From an uncultured Acidobacteriaceae bacterium (lineage in GTDB: Bacteria > Acidobacteriota > Terriglobia > Terriglobales > Acidobacteriaceae): a DNA stretch of 64,000 nucleotides. The notes under the pieces were generated by a model that saw only the letters and a list, made by a program, of their open reading frames with translations, did no database searches and was not told where the DNA came from. This document shows, one piece after another, positions 57,279-64,000 of this stretch; the stretch's first letter is position 1; every line of letters begins with the position of its first letter. Made by a program: the position numbers and the translations under genes. Where the stretch lies: assembly GCA_963849545.1 (NCBI GenBank), contig CAWKID010000003.1, positions 298,016 through 362,015 of the forward strand. Reading direction: 5' to 3'.

Positions 57279-58337
57279 ATGTTCCAGCCTATAGATGATT
57301 TACGCATCAAGTGGACCAAGGTCGTTCTTCCTCCCGTGTTCCTCGAAGAGGAGATGCCGACGACCGAAAGCGCTGCGGCGACTGTTGTCCAGGCGCGCCG
57401 CGAAATCTCCGAGATCCTTTCCGGCCGCGATCGCCGCCTGATCGTCGTCGCCGGACCCTGCTCGGTGCACGACATCGATGCTGCTCGCGAGTATGCCTCG
57501 CGGCTGAGAGAAGCCGTCGCCGAGCTGTCGTCTGAACTGCGCATCGTGATGCGCGTGTATTTTGAGAAGCCACGTACCACAGTCGGATGGAAAGGGCTGA
57601 TCAACGATCCGCATCTCGACCAGTCGTACAAGATCAACGATGGGCTACGGCTGGCGCGGCGCTTGCTGCTCGATTTGGCCGAGATGGGCGTGCCTGCGGG
57701 TACCGAGTTCCTCGACATGATCACGCCACAGTATCTGGCCGGGCTGGTGAGTTGGGGAGCGATCGGCGCGCGCACCACCGAGAGCCAGGTGCATCGCCAG
57801 CTCGTCTCCGGGCTGTCGTGTCCGGTGGGATTCAAGAACGCGACTTCCGGCGACGTGCAGATTGCGATCGAAGCGGTATTGTCGGCGGCCCATCCGCACA
57901 CGTTTCTGGGGCACACGAAGCATGGACAGTCGGCAATTTTCGTCACTACCGGAAATCCGGACTGCCACGTGATCCTGCGCGGCGGTCGTGGAATGGTGAA
58001 CTACACCTGCGAAGCCGTCGCGGATACCAGCCGGCAGTTGGAAGCGGCCGGACTTCCGCCGCGAGTCATGATCGACTGCAGCCACGCCAACAGCAGCAAG
58101 GATCACAGGCGACAATCGATTGTATGCCGCGACATTGCAGCCCAGATTGCGAGCGGTAATCGCAACATCATTGGCGTGATGCTGGAAAGCAATCTCGTCG
58201 AAGGTGCGCAAAAGCTCGTGCCGGGCAAAGAGTTGGTCTACGGGCAAAGCATTACCGACGCGTGCATTGGATGGGAGGAGACGCTGGAGTTGCTGCGGGA
58301 ACTGGGGGGCGCGGTGCGCGCGGGAAGAAAGAAGTAG
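57279..58337 (+). CDS. aroG: DAHP synthase, class I-alpha (AroG/AroF/AroH type)
   Basis: 352 aa, intact. Contains LIVVAGPCSVHD, RVYFEKPRTTVGWKGLINDP, GVPAGTEFLD, WGAIGARTTESQVHR, PVGFKN, IDCSHANS. Confidence 0.9.
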   Translation: MFQPIDDLRIKWTKVVLPPVFLEEEMPTTESAAATVVQARREISEILSGRDRRLIVVAGPCSVHDIDAAREYASRLREAVAELSSELRIVMRVYFEKPRTTVGWKGLINDPHLDQSYKINDGLRLARRLLLDLAEMGVPAGTEFLDMITPQYLAGLVSWGAIGARTTESQVHRQLVSGLSCPVGFKNATSGDVQIAIEAVLSAAHPHTFLGHTKHGQSAIFVTTGNPDCHVILRGGRGMVNYTCEAVADTSRQLEAAGLPPRVMIDCSHANSSKDHRRQSIVCRDIAAQIASGNRNIIGVMLESNLVEGAQKLVPGKELVYGQSITDACIGWEETLELLRELGGAVRAGRKK

Positions 58338-58397
58338 TGGCTGGAAGAACGGCACTGCCGGATGCGAAGCACAGAGCGTGCGACCTGTTCTGCAGCT

Positions 58398-58455
58398 ATA
58401 GCGGTCCTTCGACTCCGGCGCGCAAAAGCGGCGCGCCTGCGCTCAGGATGACACC
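58398..58455. repeat. family-A element, right half
   Basis: ATAGCGGTCCTTCGACTCCGGCGCGCAAAAGCGGCGCGCCTGCGCTCAGGATGACACCC. Confidence 0.75.
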
Positions 58456-58520
58456 CAAAGAAACGAGGCGGGGGCACAATATCGAGCGCTAATGATATCG
58501 AGCGCTAATAATACTGAATG

Positions 58521-59979
<1,459 letters not shown>

Positions 59980-59983
<4 letters not shown>

Positions 59984-60880
59984 AAGTCACCCCCGTCGCC
60001 ACCAGGGCGCATTCGGTCTTGTGATTGCGGCGGCGCAATCGATCGAGCTCCGCCTGAGGATTCGCCTCGCAGACGCTCGATGCTCTGCCGCTCCTGCTCG
60101 CGATACATGTTGTTGCGCTGCATCAGCACTTCGAAGTTGACGCGCGAGGCATCGAATTCGGGACCGTCGACGCAGGCGAACTCGCTCTTGTTGCCGACCA
60201 GTACGCGGCAGCCGCCGCACATCCCGGTGCCGTCCACCATGATGGAGTTCAGGCTGACCATGGTCTTGATTTTTTCCGGCTCGGTCATGCGGGCGACGGC
60301 ACGCATCATGGGCACCGGGCCGACGGCCAGGACGTAGTCCACTTTCTGCGCCGGCCATGATCTCTTTGAGCTTGTCGGTGACCAAGCCCTTGTCGCCGTA
60401 GCTGCCGTCGTCGGTGACTACGAAGGTTTCGTCACTGACGGCACGGACTTCATCCTCCAGCACCATCAACTCTTTGCTGCGGGCACCCACGATGGAGATC
60501 ACGTTGTTCCCGGCGCGCTTCAACTCCCGCGCGGTGGGATAAGCCATGGCCGTTCCGACGCTGCCGCTGACGACGACGACGGTGCCGAAGTTTTCGATCT
60601 CCGAGGGTTTGCCCAGCGGGCCAACGATGTCGAGAATCTTGTCGCCGGCCTGCAGCATGCTGAGCAGCATGGTGGTCTTGCCGATGGCCTGCACGACGAT
60701 GGTGACCGTGCCGGCCTCGGGATCGGCATCCGCGATGGTCAGCGGGATGCGCTCGCCGCAGTCGTCCAGGCGGACAATCACGAACTGCCCGGGCTTCTGC
60801 TTACGGGCAATGCGCGGAGCTTTGATGACGAACAGCTTGATACCTCGCGCCAAGGGGCGCGCTTCGACGATGTCGAACAC
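59980..60880 (-). pseudogene. sulfide/dihydroorotate-dehydrogenase-like FAD/NAD-binding subunit (NfnA/SudB type), one +1 frameshift near 60340
   Basis: GTG at 60880 after GGAGGG. VFDIVEARPLARGIKLFVIKAPRIARKQKPGQFVIVRL..RIPLTIAD..VGPLGKP..VVVSGSVG, then re-framed ..YVLAVGPVPMMRAV..VSLNSIMVDGTGMCGGCRV (2Fe-2S Cys cluster). Its stop abuts the ATG of the partner gene. Confidence 0.8.
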
Positions 60881-61037
60881 AGTACCCTCCGCGTTCGATT
60901 CTGCGGGGGCATGTACATGCAGTCTGTGGCGTGCGTCACAGGGCAGGCGGACGCGGCGCACATCGGGAGGCGGAGCGCAGCGGACGGCGCCGACCTAGCT
61001 TTAGGCGTGTGGCCCGTCCGCTGCGAGAAATGGCTAG

Positions 61038-61466
61038 TTACTGCGGAGTTGGCTTCGTATCGGTGCTCTTCTTCTTGTCGTCCCCGAAGACCTTCTTAGT
61101 GGCATGTCCAACATCCTTGCCGGCGTCTTCGGTACCTTTACCGACATCCTTAGCGCCAGTTTCCGTGCCCTTACCTACGTCCTTGGCGCCAGTCGCGGTC
61201 GCATGGCCAACGTCCTTGCCGGCGTCCTTGGTTGCATGTCCGGTAGCTTTAGCACCCTTTTCGGTTGCGTGACCAGTGTCTTTGGCCGCGGTCTTGGTAG
61301 CATGTCCTGTGTCCTTAGCGCCGGTAGCGGTCGCATGGCCAACATCTTTGCCGGCGTCCTTGGTGGCATGTCCGGCGTCCTTCATGTCCTGTTTCGCAGT
61401 GTCCTGTGCGACGGCCACACCAACCGCCAGGCCACCCGCAAGCAGAATGAGTCCTAGTTTGTTCAT
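61038..61466 (-). CDS. secreted protein made of eight 11-residue repeats (KDxGHAT-xxGA type), LEA-like periodicity
   Basis: MNKLGLILLAGGLAVGVAVAQ signal peptide, then KDAGKDVGHAT/ATGAKDTGHAT/KTAAKDTGHAT/EKGAKATGHAT/KDAGKDVGHAT/ATGAKDVGKGT/ETGAKDVGKGT/EDAGKDVGHAT and a Lys-rich tail. The underlying 33-nt DNA repeats keep several frames open on both strands. Confidence 0.75.
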   Translation of the reverse strand: MNKLGLILLAGGLAVGVAVAQDTAKQDMKDAGHATKDAGKDVGHATATGAKDTGHATKTAAKDTGHATEKGAKATGHATKDAGKDVGHATATGAKDVGKGTETGAKDVGKGTEDAGKDVGHATKKVFGDDKKKSTDTKPTPQ

Positions 61467-61574
61467 TGATTCTTTTCCCTCCCTTGAAATACCCCAGATT
61501 GCTGATTTTCGCCGCGATGGCGATTTTTTTCAACTGCGGCCTTAGCGGCGCAACCTAAGGGCAGAATTACAAAT

Positions 61575-62570
61575 TTGTCAGACGAACGAACACCTTGCGC
61601 AAAGCACGAATCCAACATCCAGAATGTACTCACGCCAATGCCGGAGAAAAATGTGAACTTCCAGGGAATCGACGTCTTGTGGACATACGCCAGCGAGCGA
61701 TACAAGGCTTACGGCCGCTCGCTGTTACTGGCGGTGGCGCTGCTGGCTTGTCCGCTGTCGCAAGCGCAAGGACCCGAGCCGAGACCCACGCCGGGCCCCG
61801 CCAACGCGATGGCCGCGGAACTTCCCGATGCGCCCTCCTCTTCCTCGGCGCAATCAGGCTCGTTCGCAGGCGCCCTGGGCACCGCCGGGAAAACCATCGC
61901 GCTGGATGAATGGCACATCATCAAGGCTCCGTTCCACAAAAAAGCCTTGGTATGGGACGGGCTTTTCCTTGCGGCCACGGGGGTCCTTATCGCCAACGAC
62001 GAGAGCGTGCTCTACCAGGTACCGGTGGGTTGGCACTCCACCAGCCGCAACATATCCAACGGAGCCCTATACGGGGCATCGGCTGTCGCCGGCGGCATTT
62101 ATCTGACAGGTCTGTTCACCAAGGACGAGCACTCGCAGGAGGTCGGTATCCGCACTGCCGAAGCCACCGTCGACAGTGTCATTCTGTATGGCGCGATGAA
62201 GGCCATTTTCCAGCGGCAGCGTCCCTACAGCGGGCCGGGCGAGGGCAAGTTCTTCGCCGGTAACTGGAGCAACGGATCATTTCCCTCCGGCCACGCGATG
62301 TTCACCTGGACCATCGCCTCCTCAGTCGCACACCAGTATCATTCCATCCCGCTCGATATTGCCATGTACGGGTTGGCCAGCACGGTCAGCGTGACCCGGG
62401 TGACGGCGGGTCAGCACTTCCCTTCCGACGTATTTGTCGGATCCATTCTGGGATACTTGATTGGCGACTACGTTGCGCACAAGACAGAAAACGTTGGACC
62501 CATCCGCGCCGGCAAATTGCGGCGAGTGCGCAATGCGCTCCTGGAACATGTCGATATCGGGATTGAATAG
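61575..62570 (+). CDS. PAP2-superfamily phosphatase (membrane/periplasmic)
   Basis: Tripartite PAP2 motif: KAIFQRQRP ... PSGH ... VTRVTAGQHFPSD. The start could instead be the ATG at 61638 (MPEKNVNF..), followed by signal-like LLLAVALLACPLSQAQG. Confidence 0.8.
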   Translation: MSDERTPCAKHESNIQNVLTPMPEKNVNFQGIDVLWTYASERYKAYGRSLLLAVALLACPLSQAQGPEPRPTPGPANAMAAELPDAPSSSSAQSGSFAGALGTAGKTIALDEWHIIKAPFHKKALVWDGLFLAATGVLIANDESVLYQVPVGWHSTSRNISNGALYGASAVAGGIYLTGLFTKDEHSQEVGIRTAEATVDSVILYGAMKAIFQRQRPYSGPGEGKFFAGNWSNGSFPSGHAMFTWTIASSVAHQYHSIPLDIAMYGLASTVSVTRVTAGQHFPSDVFVGSILGYLIGDYVAHKTENVGPIRAGKLRRVRNALLEHVDIGIE

Positions 62571-62579
62571 ACGGCCGGC

Positions 62580-63473
62580 TTAGCGTACCGTCGGCGATGT
62601 TGCTTTTCCGAACTCGGCCTTGATTCGGGCTTCGGTCTGCTTTCTCCAACTGTCGTCCCATAGATTGCGCTTGCGCATGTAATGCTCGAGATGCGCCAGC
62701 GGATCGCGCTTGGAATCGGTGCGGCAATCAATGAGGGTGGGGCCCGACCCGTTACGGGCGCGGTGGATCGACTCATGCGCCGCCCGCCATACCGCAACCA
62801 CATCCTGCCCATCCACGATGATTCCGGGATAGCCATAATCCCGCGCCATGAAGCTGAACACTTCCAGGTGAGGCGCATGTTCGTTCGAGGAGCGCTGATC
62901 AGCGACACCATTCTTGATGACGTAGATGACCGGCAGCTTGTGTACGCCGGCAAACTTCAGCGCCTCGTTCCAGGTCTCCAGCGCCGGGCTCTCTTCGGGA
63001 CAAAACGCCACCACGACGTGCTGCTTCTTCGCCAGCTTGTGCGCCAGCGCGATGCCAGTCGCCAGGTTGAACGGATCTTCAGGCAGAGTCGGCGAAAGCA
63101 TTGCCTGTTGTGGCATGCCATTCGTCTGGGCCTTTACAAGACTCGCGAGAGGCAATCCGCGGGCGACCAGCGCGGCCAGGTTTCGGGCGGTGGCGGCGAT
63201 GGTGTCTTCCGCATGCAACTCCGCGGTAGGTCCCACGATGAGCGCTTCATCGCCAATCGCGAATTCATAATCGCCAACCTTGGCTTGACGAGCGCGCTCC
63301 TGGGTCAGGCGACAGCGCAGCAACGAGGCGTACAGGTGGCGCATCGTGTCAGCACTGGAGGGGGACGAGCCGTTGGTGTTCACTGCTTGCGCGGGAGTTG
63401 CTGTCGGTTTCGTGCCGGCTGGAACTTGCTTGCGTGATGAAGTCGCTGACTGATTTCTGGTCTTGGTCGCCAT
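62580..63473 (-). CDS. 2-oxoacid dehydrogenase E1 alpha-like protein with degenerate ThDP-binding motif
   Basis: 297 aa. Aligns by eye to the E1-alpha core (..VVVAFCPEESPALETWNEALKFAGVHKLPVIYVIKNGVADQRS.. against the canonical ..GDGA..QG...E..N.A....LP.I....NN..), but GDG and NN are replaced. Low-complexity Ser/Thr/Ala N-terminus. Confidence 0.7.
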   Translation of the reverse strand: MATKTRNQSATSSRKQVPAGTKPTATPAQAVNTNGSSPSSADTMRHLYASLLRCRLTQERARQAKVGDYEFAIGDEALIVGPTAELHAEDTIAATARNLAALVARGLPLASLVKAQTNGMPQQAMLSPTLPEDPFNLATGIALAHKLAKKQHVVVAFCPEESPALETWNEALKFAGVHKLPVIYVIKNGVADQRSSNEHAPHLEVFSFMARDYGYPGIIVDGQDVVAVWRAAHESIHRARNGSGPTLIDCRTDSKRDPLAHLEHYMRKRNLWDDSWRKQTEARIKAEFGKATSPTVR

Positions 63474-63813
63474 TCACTCCGTCCCCAGGGAATCGTCATT
63501 GTATCGCACGTGGCGGGGGCGTTATTTTCGACCGCATCCGGGCTTCGCTTAAGAATGCTGCCCGCCGATTTGGGCGGAGATTTTGCTCGGTTCGCAATCG
63601 CATTCGTCTGAATGGTTGATGAACGTCGGGTGAAAGTTTTCAACACAAATGTGCATAACGTTGTGGAAAAGCCGCCCGCTTACCCCGTAAGTTGCACGGT
63701 TTCAAAATTTCTGACCTGTCTGCACCGAACAAAGTGCGGAATGTTGAGTCCCAGGCTCGACGTCCGGCTGTTGGGCGTTAACCCGACCGCGTTCGCCGTG
63801 CTAGTCTGGCGCG

Positions 63814-64000
63814 GTGAAGGTCCGTCTCGACAAATTACTGGTGGAACGCGGACTAGTTCCCTCGCGTGAGCGCGCGCAATCGCTGATCCTCGCAGGCCGT
63901 GTACTTGTCGACGAGCAGAAGCTGGAGAAAGCCGGAACGAATGTCGACGAAAGTGCCGGCATCCGCTTGCTGGGCGACGACATCCCCTACGTCAGCCGGG
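63814..64000 (+). CDS. tlyA: TlyA-family 16S/23S rRNA (cytidine-2'-O)-methyltransferase, N-terminal S4 domain only (runs off window)
   Basis: GTG start, VKVRLDKLLVERGLVPSRERAQSLILAGRVLVDEQKLEKAGTNVDESAGIRLLGDDIPYVSR, matching the TlyA S4-like N-terminus including PYVSRG. Confidence 0.8.
   Translation, partial: MKVRLDKLLVERGLVPSRERAQSLILAGRVLVDEQKLEKAGTNVDESAGIRLLGDDIPYVSR

Noticed and set aside
60931-61545. + strand ORFs (60931..61272, 61104..61457, 61276..61545) overlapping the 11-mer repeat gene
   Set aside because: These frames are kept open only by the 33-nt repeat periodicity. The minus-strand frame has a signal peptide and a coherent charged repeat. No start context supports the + frames.

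Overview
GC-rich bacterial chromosomal segment. The gene content and repeats look Acidobacteriota (Terriglobia)-like; this is an inference from a GloVer-type repeat protein, an MXKDX-type Met/Lys/Asp repeat protein and abundant GTCATCCTGAGCG...CGCTCAGGATGAC palindromic intergenic elements.

Gene order, left to right:
- partial GH39-like glycosidase and an aldo/keto reductase
- a tandemly duplicated two-gene module (secreted propeller-like protein + three-domain multicopper oxidase, twice)
- tRNA-Arg(CCG), a PilZ protein and an orphan Flp pilin
- a heavily frame-broken GloVer-repeat surface protein carrying 'PCRVVDTR' modules, and a TPR protein
- an aromatic amino-acid supraoperon (trpC-trpF-trpB-trpA-chorismate mutase-DAHP synthase I-beta-tyrA)
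- a DUF1223 / ECF sigma / anti-sigma / DedA-rhodanese cluster; the rhodanese active-site loop carries an in-frame TGA followed by a hairpin
- a bamA / SurA-like / tamB operon
- a ThiF-type E1, an O-methyltransferase, an MFS transporter and iscS-iscA-iscX
- a polyprenyl-phosphate-sugar glycosylation locus (GT2 + three GT-C-like membrane proteins)
- a four-gene ATP-grasp / GCS2 ligase / M29 aminopeptidase / ATP-grasp-like cluster
- a 4x tandem ~87-nt two-hairpin repeat in the leader of a second 'PCRVVDTR'-module protein
- a class I-alpha DAHP synthase, an NfnAB-like oxidoreductase, an 11-mer-repeat secreted protein, a PAP2 phosphatase, a degenerate E1-alpha-like protein and the start of tlyA

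Major caveat: I count at least ~50 reading-frame breaks. Essentially all are explained by one extra base (+1). They are clustered in blocks and hit essential genes (trpA, trpB, bamA, iscS). Most 'pseudogenes' listed here are therefore probably uncorrected insertion errors in the assembly, not biology.

I saw no CRISPR array, rRNA, transposase or integrase.
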